A stretch of DNA of 64,000 bases, taken from the NCBI RefSeq assembly GCF_026210795.1, contig NC_089431.1, forward strand, positions 62,001 to 126,000, written 5' to 3'. The translations under genes and the position numbers were made by a program. Shown here piece after piece: positions 49,471-62,149 of this stretch. Source of the DNA: Rhizophagus irregularis (Eukaryota). The notes under the pieces were generated by a model that made no database searches, was not told the DNA's origin, and worked only from the letters and a program-made list of their open reading frames with translations. The stretch's first letter is position 1, and each line of letters starts with the position of its first letter.

Positions 49471-52073
49471 TGTAGTAGTAGTGGACTTAGAATTCAAAAA
49501 TCCGTCAGATATTAACGGTTATCTGAATTCTGAGATAAATATCTTGACTAAACTATTTTCTAAAATTTTTTTTTCATTTATTTGTAAATTGATGTTTGGA
49601 TTACATCCTAGATAATTTAAATTAGTGTTACTCTAAAGTTTTAGACTACAGATTGAAAATTAATCATTAAACATCGAGGAAAAGAAAAATCAAAATTTTT
49701 AAAATAGTTTAACTATTTATCAAAAATCTTTACGAATTGTTTAAACAAAGAATTTTTCATGATTTCTTTATCATGTAATGATATACTTAATTTATTATAG
49801 TATTGCATTATTAATAAAAAAACAAATTGGATAATAAAATTTATTAATTATAGTAGTTTCCCATAGCAAGTATTTATATAATATGAATATAAATAAAAGC
49901 AGACCAAGATACAACATATAATAATGTAAATAAAATATTAATTACTGTACTTAAATAATTGACTATAATATTCGAAACTTAATTTAATATTATTTTCATC
50001 ATCTTGATAATACTTCATTTTCAATAGTTCTAAAAAAAATAATTAAATCAGGTAGAAAATATTATTATTGACAATTAAGTAAGACTTACCTAATTCGGCA
50101 ACCAAAACACTCGTCAGAAACTATATATCAAACAAAATAAAACAAAATAATTTTATTATATATCCTTATATGTTCGCACTGTACGATACAATCATCTAGT
50201 GACATTATTAAAAAATATTGTCATAATAATTACCAACGAAGAAATTGCCAACACAACTCGTTAAAGAAAAAATAAATATTTTCTTAAATGACACTTAAAA
50301 TCATCGCGTATTTTACTATACTTACATAAATTGCAGCACGTCTTAGAAATTGTCCATTGCATATTTCGTTACCCATATCGATATTATATTGTTATTCTAC
50401 GAATATCCATACGAATGGAAATAATGTTGATATTGGTAATAATAACAACAAAAACCTATTATATCTACTACATATCTATTTGGTGGATTTTTATTATTAT
50501 TACAGATTTGTAAGTTCGACTTACTCATATTGACCAACTTTGATCGATCAAAAAAAAAGTAAAGAAAATAAAAGAAATTATTAGTTAAATCATTTAAATA
50601 TTGAATTTAATTTTACTCACTCTATAAATTACGTGATCTCAAAAAAATCATGTTGCTCCTTACCTGTTACGAATTACGAAACTTATTCATATTAATTTAT
50701 GTAAGCGTAAAAAAACTGGAAATAGAAAATAACTTATTTGAGGTTTTAGTCTTAAATAAGAAAATACATCATGCTATAGCATTTTTCTCTGATAAAGAAT
50801 TATTCATTAATGTTAATGATGATTTAAATATTTTTTGTTATATTTCCTCGGATTTTCACAAGATTCCCCAGAATAAAGAGTCCATCTCTGTTCAAAAAAT
50901 TTTTTTTTTTTTAGAGAATGTTTTTTGTTGAGTAAATCGAATAATTCAAAATTCAGAAAATTCGATTATTAAAATAAAAAACTACCTTATACAGTATATC
51001 TAACGCAAAAAGAAAAGTGAGATGATCACTTTGTAGCTTATATATATAAATTAAATATCATGTGACGTAATAAATTTTTTTTAACACAGATCATCATCTA
51101 CGTAAATATAAGCGGAACACACCAATTCAGCGTTTATAACTAAATTTTGATAATTTATTTAAATATTCTCTAATGTTTCAGATCATATCAAATACAAAAT
51201 TATTTACAAAATGCATATGAACTAATTCAACGATAGGAATAGTTAAATAAAAATACAGTACGTATATATACAGTATGTATGTATATGAAAAGATAGATAT
51301 GGGAGCAGTACATACCCTTGGTTCACAATATACAAACGAAAATTATATTTTAATTTAACAATTTACTTCATAAATTATGGGGATTTTATGCGCTATAATT
51401 ACAAACCAAAAATAGGTTTGTTGAAATATGTATAGACAGCAATAATATATAAAGCAAATAATTTTAAAAATATTTCAAATACCTATAATAATATTTTATA
51501 AAAGCAATAATTTTACAATTTATCATTTACTTCCGAGTTCCGGCTTTTCAACCATAGCTCCATACCTCCATCCCATATTGTTAAAGTATTCAGGTCGGAA
51601 ATTTAACACATAAAACAAATGAAAACTCTTTTAAACACAATATACAGTATGACAACCGGAATATACGGCTTTGTTTAATTATCAGGACTTAAATTCGATC
51701 AAAACATTTAGGAAACTAAATTTTCGAAAATGATTGAACTAAAATTAAACCATAATATTTTTTTATTTATCGAGTGAAAGAAACTAGTATATATATCTAG
51801 GAAAATGGTAACCGTTAAAGTCCGTCGCGTTTATTTAACATTAAACAAAAAAAAATTAATTACGAAAAATAGCAAATTATTATAGAAAATCATCATTTGA
51901 ATTTTAAAAATTTCTTCAGTGTGCTAGTCTTAAGAATGTTACTTTGCACAATAATTCAAAATCAAGTAGCCTTAAAAAGTTAGATATATCAAATTATTTA
52001 TTTAGTCATGTTTATATGATTCAATTTAATAAATTAATAAAGTGAACAAATCGATTTATTACTTATGTATATG

Positions 52074-52972
52074 TTGTTGCTGACTTAGCCAAGTCTTTTA
52101 AAAAACTTGTTGTCACCTGATCACCACGTTGAGGTGCAGCAACATTGATCAGGGGGGAAAGGGGAAAACGAAGGGAAAGGGAAAACGAAAGGGAAAGGGG
52201 ATAACGAAGGGAAAGGGGAAAACGAAGGGGAAAGGGGAAAACGAAGGGGAAAGGGGAAAACGAAGGGGAAAGGGGAAAACGAAGGGGAAAGGGGATAACG
52301 AAGGGGAAAGGGGATAACGAAAGGGAAAGGGGATAACGAAGGGAAAGGGAAAGGGGATAACGAAGGGAAAGGGATAACGAAGGGGAAAACGAAGGGGAAA
52401 GGGGAAAACGAAGGGGAAAGGGGATAACGAAGGGGAAAGGGGATAACGAAGGGGAAAGGGGAAAACGAAGGGGAAAGGGGATAACGAAGGGGAAAGGGGA
52501 AAACGAAGGGGAAAGGGGATAACGAAAGGGAAAGGGGATAACGAAGGGGAAAGGGGATAACGAAGGGGAAAGGGGATAACGAAGGGGAAAGGGGAAAACG
52601 AAAGGGAAAGGGGATAACGAAGGGAAAGGGGAAAACGAAGGGGAAAGGGGATAACGAAGGGGAAAGGGGAAAACGAAGGGGAAAGGGGATAACGAAAGGG
52701 AAAGGGGATAACGAAAGGGAAAGGGGATAACGAAAGGGAAAGGGACAACGAAAGGGAAAGGGACAACGAAAGGGAAAGAGAAAAGCAAGAGAAAACATAC
52801 ACACCACCCACACAAAAACCCACACACAAACCTACACACAACAACTCACATACCTAAAGAAGACGTAAAGAAAAGGGCATAAAAAAAAGAGAAGACCTAG
52901 ACAGAGACCTAAAAAAAGGAAGATAAAGAAAACCTAAAAAAAAATTATTTAAATTATGTACTCATGAGTCAT
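52074..52972. repeat. Dispersed repeat copy 2 with expanded G/A-rich minisatellite (~19-20 bp unit, 52152-52780)
   Basis: About 30 units of gggga(t/a)aacgaagggga(aa) after the conserved head shared with 43708. Confidence 0.9.
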
Positions 52973-53506
52973 GACATCAAGAGCACTGATACATGTCATA
53001 AGGAATGAGTAATTTTTTTCGTGTAGGACAAATAGCAAATTATCAGTGTTACAAAAAAGTATATAATCAAAAAAGGAAGAATAAGGATGACGCAGGTGGG
53101 AATATTACGTGGGTTAACTATCAAATCGGTTAGTGCATAACTCCTTCGTTACGCTCCGGACAATAAGTAGACCCTTACTATTTGAATAATTGATCTGAGA
53201 AACACCATGTTAACGTTAACATAACGTTAACAAGTAATACAAGTAAATCGTGATGTTAATCTGACACGTGCTGAACATTTCAAAATTCCAAGTCTGTTAG
53301 CCTAAAAGAATACATCAATATTAATAAGAGATTCACTGCTAATTAAAACTTCGTAAGGAGATATTAAAACTTTATTTATTAGTATTTGTAAAAAAAAAAT
53401 ATGTTCAGAAATAATTTGAATACACATAATATTTAATAATTCAAACGATATAAAAACAATAATTTAGTTAAAATAGGAAGCATGACGTCATGAAATTTCT
53501 AAAAAA

Positions 53507-54534
53507 TTATGCCGCTTGTTTCACAAGTTTTTCGATAACTTCAGTGACTGGACGAGGAGTAAAACTAAATTTATCATTATTTAAATCTTTAAACTGCTCA
53601 TTTTGCACAAGGGTGGCCTTGAAATTTTCCTCGAATGAAGGAATTGGATCGATCTTGTTTTGGTATCTATGTTTTATTTCTTTATCTTCAACAACTTCCC
53701 ATTTTGAGCCTTCATGAGTACATAAATTATTAGCCAACGTTTTTTTTTAAAAAAAAAATTGGGTTAGAAAAAAAAGATGTAATTCTCACCAGAAATTTCT
53801 TCAAACTTTTGAAGGTACTCATTTAATGACAAGGTAACTCCAGCGACTTTAATAAAGGAATTACGAGCTTCTGGCATTTTAAGTGTCTCTACGGTATATT
53901 TACCAACATCAGATAAAGAAGTAGTATGCAACTTTTTATTACCATCCGCGTAGAACGTAGCTTTTTTATTCTTGACATCAAATCCAATCCAGCCAAGGAA
54001 TTCTTGGAATAATCCATTATAAATAATTGTATATTCAAGACCACTTTTTATTACTTCTTCTTCAAATCTGATTTTACCATCTGTGATTTGATGAACTCCG
54101 ACTCTTTATTATAATAAAAAAAAATTCATTAGATTTATCATCAACATGCATTAACAAAAAAAAAGATAAAAAATACCGTACTTATACTCGAAACCAAATT
54201 CGGATGGGATGAACCTCTTTACAGAGGCTTCTTTGGCGGCAGCCAACAATGGAGTCTGGCTATCGTAAAGATTCGCATTGGAATCACTTAAAGTACTGAT
54301 AACGACGTCTGTCCCTTTAAGGACGTTGACTAGATCATCTTTTTGATCGTAATCTGCATATACAATTTCTGCGCCCTTAGAAGCTAACAATTTAGCTTTC
54401 TCATTTTCGGTTTTAGGTTTCCTTCGAAGAATCTTCACATCATAAGATCCATCGTTCAAAAAGGCCTCAGCAATATGATAACCTAAATTACCCGTGCCTC
54501 CAGCAATAGTTACGGTTTTAAATTGTGAGCTCAT
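53507..54534 (-). CDS. NmrA-like / isoflavone-reductase-like NAD(P)-binding protein (289 aa; exons 54534-54182, 54103-53790, 53709-53507)
   Basis: GGTGNLG Rossmann motif, VKRFIPSEFG and SDVGKY. Two GT-AG introns give an 870-nt in-frame CDS. Confidence 0.92.
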
Positions 54535-56586
54535 TTTGAATTTTGAATTAAGATTTTTATTATTTGTATACTTTTTTATAAACAAAAGTTTTTAGTACCA
54601 TTTATTGTATTTATATATATAAAAAAAAATGACAATAATCGGGGGAAATTACTAATATTCATAATTGTTTCCTTGTATTTTCATCTTATGATTGATTATA
54701 TGATAAAAAATCGGCAGAATACAGGTTATGACGAATTATAAATGATCAAATCAATTTGTAATTTGGCCATTTGTCATCAATATATGAGTGATCTGCAAAA
54801 GAATTAAAATCGCTTTAACCTGCTATAGTAAAAATTAAACATAGAATAATGGATTGGTCATACCCAGGTGCATTGAATGATAGAATAATTTTTCATCCAT
54901 TGATTATTCTAGAAACATGAGAATTCTAAGAAGTTTTCAATCTATCAAATGTCGGCTAAATTTTTTTCAAGAATGTTAAATCATGTTAACCTCCAATTCA
55001 GTGGTCATAAAAGGATAAGATATAACTTGTTGAATTAGATATATATATCTTCATTTATAGAGTTATGGAATTTATCATTGACGGAGTATAAAAGAGATTC
55101 AATCTTTCCGCTGAAATAATGTAAATATAATAATATTATTGTTTATTTATTTATTTATTATTTACTTTGCCGCTTTCTAGACATTATGGAACAAAAATTT
55201 GTAATAAACTTTATTAAAAGTTGTTTGGTCCAAAAAAATAAAACTTTAACCGGCTAATTAATGAATTGGTCAATATATGAGCTTTGCGTTTAACGTATTT
55301 AAAGCTTATTTTATTTCGCTCATTCGAATACTTAATAATCCGTCACAATCTCGCCCTTAAAAAATTTATTTGTGCAACAAATATACTGTAATTACATTCT
55401 GTATATATGAAATCATTTAATCAAAGTTTGGGTGCAGAGGTGCGTTCCAATAATACGATTATTATATGAATCACGTGAATCACGTGAACTACAATGATTG
55501 AAAGATTTTGGAAATATAATTTTAGACAAAGCTTTCATTATTAGGATAATTTGCTTAAAGCCACTAAAACAGTGAATATCAGACATGAATCTAGAATTAT
55601 AAGAACGTCAAAATTTCATTTCAGCTTTCGTTAACAATATAAAATAACAAAAAAAAAAACTAAATAATTTAATAATAATTTCGTGATTCAAAAGTCAGTT
55701 GACTTTATTTAAAAAATCTCTAATAGTACAAAAATATGCTTAACAATAAAACTACTGATATTTTTTATTACTTACCAAAAATTTTGCACATGCACCCGAA
55801 ACGGGTTATAAAACATTCAGGAGCACAAAGTTGAGCTTGAAAATAAATTATTTATTTTTTTTTGAAAAGAAGAATTAAAAATAATAAGCTTTATTTGATT
55901 ATTTACCTTCAGGATCCGGTCGAGCTTGAAAATAAAATTATTTTTTTTTTTAAAAAAAGGAAAAGAAAATTAAACAATAATAAAATAATATACTTTATTT
56001 AACTATTTACCCTCAGAAACTGACGCTAGGGACGAAATGATTACGATCACGAAAATACTAGTGAAAAGAGCTTTGACATTCATTTTTTTTCAATTATTTT
56101 TTTTATAAAGTTTGAGATGTTGTAAAAGATTATATATTTCGATTTATTCAAAAATTTAGAATATTTTACAAAATGTATTACGTCTTAACACCAAGTGATG
56201 TGATTATAACGCTTTTTATATTCAAACGAATATTGTGGCAGAGTATTTACATAATTTAATAAATTAGATCATAATCAAATAAGCCTAAAAACCCGTATTT
56301 ATTTAGCATAAGCTTACATTATTTATATATGTGGCGTAATTTCTTTACTAAGCCACATCATCACAGTAATTCATACCATCCGATGAATGCTTTGATAACT
56401 TTTTAAGGTTCTTGATAAAATCCTTTTTTCAATATATAATTAAACTATTCGCAATTTTTTATGATCCTTATAACTCAATCAGCCTTCTTGAATGGTTAAG
56501 AATCAAAAAATCATTCGAGCAATATTTTATATTTATTTAGCTTAGGAAAAAAAGCATAAGCTTACATTATTTATATACGTGATATT

Positions 56587-57069
56587 AGTGTTCAGACCGG
56601 TCTGGTCTTTTTTTGTAAAATTTATTGTGTTAAAACCTAATGTTATTAGAATCTACTAATTAAAAACCCGTTGCCTATTAAGCTATCCGATATCTATCCG
56701 TTAAATAACTGTTTACCTTAACGGGTTAAAACGGGTTAAATCGGTTAGACCGCTTTATATAAATGATATACTCAACATGACGTCAGCCCGAATTAGTATG
56801 GCACGTCTGAAATCTTTGCCAGGTTACGCCGAGTTCGGTGACAAATAACAGGTGACAAATAATTTTTGGACCACAAAAAAAAACTAAGTCCCTCAGATAA
56901 ATAGTGTTTTTGGAACTCGGGCTTGCACGTGATCATGTGACGCTAAATGACGCTAAACATCACTCCTTACTCTAAAGCTAATATATTCGGCGTAACCTGG
57001 CACAGATTTCATACCGGCATTAGTATGAGCAAACCCATTTTACCCGTTAACAATCCGGTCTGAATCTTA
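56587..57069. mobile_element. hAT-like MITE remnant hosting a nested MULE-type MITE
   Basis: Ends tagtgttcagaccgg / ccggtctgaatctta with acccg/cgggt subterminal motifs. No clear TSD. Confidence 0.55.
56801..57018. mobile_element. MULE-type MITE with 9-bp TSD
   Basis: TSD attagtatg (56792-56800, 57019-57027). TIR tgaaatctttgccaggttacgccga / tcggcgtaacctggcacagatttca. Confidence 0.85.
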
Positions 57070-58269
57070 CTATGAAATTTATATCAAATTATGTTATTTA
57101 AATTAAGAAAATTTTTTAAACAAAGCAATTTAACGATAACTTTTAACTTTTTATTTTACTGTCAATACAATTGACTTATCAGAAACTTTAAATAAAAATT
57201 AAATTCTATTTTTATTATTCATTTAAAAAATTTTCTAATGTTACATTATTTGTTGATTTTATTAATCCTTTTTTCACCTTTCGTTTTTTAGCAAATTATT
57301 ATTTCCATATTAAAAAAGATATATATGATTTTTGCATATCTGAAACTTTCAGATACAATCGGAACTCCGATCAAATATATATCAGAAAATAAGAAAAGTG
57401 GGTGATACCTCGGGCTTCACCTAGGTAAGTTGGGTTCTTTACCACCTGAGAAATAAAAATAAAAAAGAATCAATGTTCAAACTTCAAAGCTTTATTTGAT
57501 TTCTGCCAGAATGTCAAATTAATTTCCGACTGTGTTTAGTCGTAATATTAACAACATTTAAGTTAACTATCATTGAATTAAACACAATACAATGAATTTC
57601 GCCCATTGGTCATTGGTGACGTCACCTTAAGAAAAACAATTGATTATGTATTTAGAATTTAAATAGCTTAGTGTTATCAGTTAGAAGATTTTATTTTTTT
57701 TAATTTTTCCAAACTTCATATAATTCATTTAATTCAATTCGGAGAAAAATAATTTTTAAAGGCCCATTTACATATAATTTCTTTTTTTTTTTTAACATTA
57801 CAATTTTCGAAAGCTAACAATCTCCATTTCATTGGATGACGTCACGTTATTACAGAGAAATTCACGTGATCAATCATTGTGCGTGGACATACAGTACATA
57901 GTTCTTCGCGGAATTTTAATTATACAAATTAATTCTTTAGCTCAAATTTCTCAAAATTTTTTAAACTATAAATTTTATCGCCATTTTCAAAATGGTTGCA
58001 GTTATGTTTGAATAAAAAAGAAAACCGGGACTAACACCTGACAAAAAATGGAACGACGGAAAATCATTCATCTATTATAAAGAAAGTGAAGAAAGTGTTA
58101 TGAATGATGAAATAATCAACATAAACGAAGTCGTATGTTCAGTTATTCGTTATTACGCGTTGCACCATTAGTCAAAACAAAGATTTATAATTTGAAAATA
58201 AAATAACTAAGAAATGAGACTTTTTATCGATTTGGTTCAAAGTTTATATACTTAAAATCTTCTTAGATT

Positions 58270-58850
58270 TAGATTACTACCAGTTTTATAAGCTGATATT
58301 TAATCTAATCGAATAAAAGAAAATTTTGTTAATAAACTTACACAAGTAGCAATTGTTAATAAATACAAGTCAAAGCAAATTTAATTATCACATTTAAAAA
58401 ATCTGAACTTATGTCAAAGGAATTATTCAAACTTTTCAATGCACATTCATAATATCCATATCTACACCATTCTCGACATTTAATATTCCAATAATTAATT
58501 AAATCCTTCAGACTATTTTAGCTAAGTAAATCTTACCAAAACTACCTTTCGCAATATAAGTGATATTTTGAAATTTTTCAAAAGGTATCCATTCAAGACA
58601 TTTGTTAAAGTACATTTCAGCATTAAGTTGTGATTTTGTAATTCATCAATAACTTTATTACCACTAGTTCAATTTTTAATGTTATTCTTATCTTTTAGCA
58701 TTACAAGGTTGCACCAAAATTCTCCTGTACCAAGTTTATTACATTCTCCACATATTCCATATACTTGTTTTCTTTTTTCTAAATTTTCCATATAAACTTG
58801 CATCTTCTGATTCAGTACTAGTTAAATCAATAATAACATGGAGCTCTTTA
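58270..58850 (-). pseudogene. Protein kinase pseudogene (N-terminal part), paralog of 36355-36680
   Basis: KRKQVYGICGECN, CLEWIPFEKFQNITYIAKGSFGKIYLA. Frameshifted. Confidence 0.8.
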
Positions 58851-59619
58851 TGATAAAAAATTATTACAATTTTAACTACAAAAATTCAATAATACTATAA
58901 TTATTAATAATAAATGTGAATTTATAATACCTGATATTCATCATAATCAACATCCTTCCATAACCACTTTTAATTTTTTTTCCATAGTACTAACTATTTT
59001 AAATTATATGAATTAATAATTTTGTAGATGCGAGTAATTTAATCAAATAAATTTTAGAATTATAATACGTAAAAGCAAAAATGAACGTGGGCACAAATTT
59101 GTACTACAGTTGTACGGTTATATTAATTTTCGCCCTAGTTCCATTGATTCTGGCAGTGAACCGGGTCCGATTGATCAACATCTGGAATTTTTTGATTTAT
59201 AATCATTTGTAATCATCAGACCCATGTCTTCTGCCGTTATTACATGGAATTCGAGCTAATTCTACATCGGATCCAATGGGAACCTGGGGTACTAAGCTTA
59301 AACTGTTACAATCTTTTTATGCAGAGAAAAATAAATATTATTGGACTAAATATGGCAATTTATAAAGACAATACGCTTGTTGATCATAACAAAAAAGTTA
59401 ATATTGTTCAACTTTTTTCAATCAAATTTGATATTAACGAATCTAATTTTGATTGTATTTAGATGTTCAAACGCCACTCATTATTTTGTATACTTTTAAA
59501 GACTTGTGTGTAACATCCTATGATTATAAATAGTATGGCACAGTTATAATTACACAAATATGAACACAAAAAGTTTAGTATAACATACATTTATAAATAC
59601 CATAATACTGCATTTATTT

Positions 59620-60460
59620 CTTCAATCAGTTTTTCAATTTCAATTGTATTTAGTAATAGGAAGAACAATCCACTCATTAATAAAATTTACACTTCTTTAG
59701 AAGATGGCCTTTTTAATAGATCTTCATCTCAACATTTTTTCATAACATTGTAGAGTATTTTCAATAATTTCGGGACGTTCACCTTTACAAATACAACCTG
59801 TAAAATCATTTTTGAAAAAGTATGAACTGTATGATATTTCACAAATATAAGCACTTTTATATTCATAATTATTTTTAATCATTATGATTTAAAATATTAC
59901 CATCATGAAAATAAGGTTTTGTTCATATATCTCATTAAGTCCAGAAATAATTTCGTATAACATAAATAATTTTTGATTCCAATTATTTTTAATTATTCTT
60001 GTCAAGTTTTCTCTTAAATTACCTTTATTTGTAATAGTCCATTACTACCTTATATTTCAAAGTATTTGGATTTTCTGTAAATCCATCAAACTTAATAATA
60101 TTATGTGAATTTAAACAACTTTTATGATAATTCCACTATAAAAAAATAACATTGTATTAATAAATTAATGTATAAATAAATTATATAAAAAAAAAATACT
60201 ATCATACTTTATTATAAATTCATTTAAATTTTCATTTAAATTATTATGACATTTAAGAATTACTTCTTTACTTAGATTTTTCTTTAACCAAATAGCTTTG
60301 TAAATAATACTAAATCTTTCTTCATTAAAATATTCAGTATTGTTTAAAAAATTTATTATAATGAATCCATTTTATTTGTTTTTAAAAATAAATTCATCTA
60401 TAATTGTATTTCTACTTTTTCCAAATCAATAATTAAAATTATATTATTCAATATAAATTT
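59620..60460 (-). pseudogene. Degraded protein kinase pseudogene
   Basis: Residual KIYKAIWL-like, VILKCH, IIKFDGFTENPNTL, HDGNIL, CKGERPEII and EDLLKRPSS motifs. Intron remnant at about 60137-60208. Confidence 0.7.
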
Positions 60461-60630
60461 ATTCATCGCCCGTAAGCAATGCATCGCCTCTGGCAAAATT
60501 ATGTAATGCCAGCAACATTTAAAGGGAGGTAGGTTTAAAAATTTCTGTCCCAGGATACGTGTGGAAAATGAAAAGGGAGGGTGTGACATGGGCGACAAAA
60601 GAGTAGCAATGACAGTATGTGCGATGAATA
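60461..60630. mobile_element. Small MITE-like insertion
   Basis: GC-richer island bounded by inverted attcatcgc / gcgatgaat. Confidence 0.5.
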
Positions 60631-61587
60631 AATTATTTCTAACATCTGTTATTTTAAAATTTACACTAAAATTAAAATTAAAATTAACATCTATTCTAAA
60701 ATTTAAATTGGAATTTAATTTAATATATATTTTAGTTATTGTATAAATATATATAATAATAACTTATATTTCGCAACCAACTAAAGTAGCAGAAATTTAA
60801 GAATTCCATTAACAAATATATAAAATATATAACAATAGAAACAACGAATAACTTACAAGCTATATTATTGAATAATTTTTAAATAATAAAGAATTTAGTT
60901 AGTTTAAATTATATGTAAATATTACAATGATGATTAATGTAAAATTTTACACAATACTGTAATAATAATCATTAAATATTTTTAACTAGCAATATTTATT
61001 GAGTAAAGGAGTAGTAGCTACAAGATTTTTAATATAATCAGTTTTACCATTAAACAATTCCAAAAGCTTAAAAAATATATATATAAAATATTAAAATCTT
61101 TAGCGATCTAAAAATAGAAAATTCCAATAAATCAAAGTACATACTGCGTATACAAAGGTACAAAATAAAAAAAAATAAAGGAAAGCTATATAAATGTTCT
61201 TTAGTTACTTTAACATTTGACTTTAACTTTTCAAAGGTTAAGAACCTTCATACTATATTATTTTTGACAAATTTCTTTTAGTTCTATAAAATTAAAAGTA
61301 TAAAAAATCAAATAGTTAATAGTTACTCGGCATCCGAGTAAGGTTGTATTTGCAATAAGCAATATGATTGGTGGAATTTACTAAGCACAGCTCAGCAACA
61401 GATATCAAGATTCATGTATAATAAATATTTTAATAAATTAAGATGATTTTTATTTTGGAAAGTATAATATTTGATAACATACATTCTCTAAGAAAACTAA
61501 AATTTTTTTTCTATTTTAAATTTAAAGATTTTCAATATTAGAATAAAAACATGTTAACATGTACTGTATATTTATATAAATTATATA

Positions 61588-62149
61588 CAGTATACTCTCG
61601 ATATACCGAAGCCACGATATACCGAAGATCACCATATACCGAAGATTTTTGTATGACCATTTTCATTAATAATTAAAATCTTTTGATATACCGATTTTAC
61701 TATAAAATTTTATATAACATTATACCGAAGTTTTCATTTTTACCGTTTATAATAGTATATAATAAAAATAAGTTCGTTATACCGAAGATCAAAATCATAT
61801 GATCAAATGATGTTTAATTTGCGTAACTTTCGCAACTTTATTCTCTCATTTTTATTTTTCAGTATTAAAGTTACTTTGAAGTTAAATATTTAGCTGCTTT
61901 AGCTTCTTTAAAAGATATGAACGTTAGATAATTGGATTAGCAACAAGTAATTTGTAAAATTTGTTAAACGTAAAATATGTAACGATTTTCATAGTATAAT
62001 AAAGTCACATGATTTTAATCTTAATATAACGAAGTTTTCTAAAAAAATTATATAAACTTCGGTATATAAAAAAATTTGATATACCGAAGATCACTATATA
62101 CCGAAGTTTTAGTCTTGAACGGCGACTTCGGTATATCGAGAGTTGACTG
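61588..62149. mobile_element. pogo/Tc1-like MITE
   Basis: TA|cagtatactctcgatataccgaag ... cttcggtatatcgagagttgactg|TA with repeated ataccgaag motifs. Confidence 0.9.

Noticed and set aside
52152..52780. Telomeric repeat
   Set aside because: Interstitial, variable ~20-bp unit, not TTAGGG-like, and part of a dispersed repeat.
52063..52844. Three long overlapping F/P/L/S-rich ORFs
   Set aside because: Artefacts of a stop-free purine minisatellite that is open in all three minus frames.
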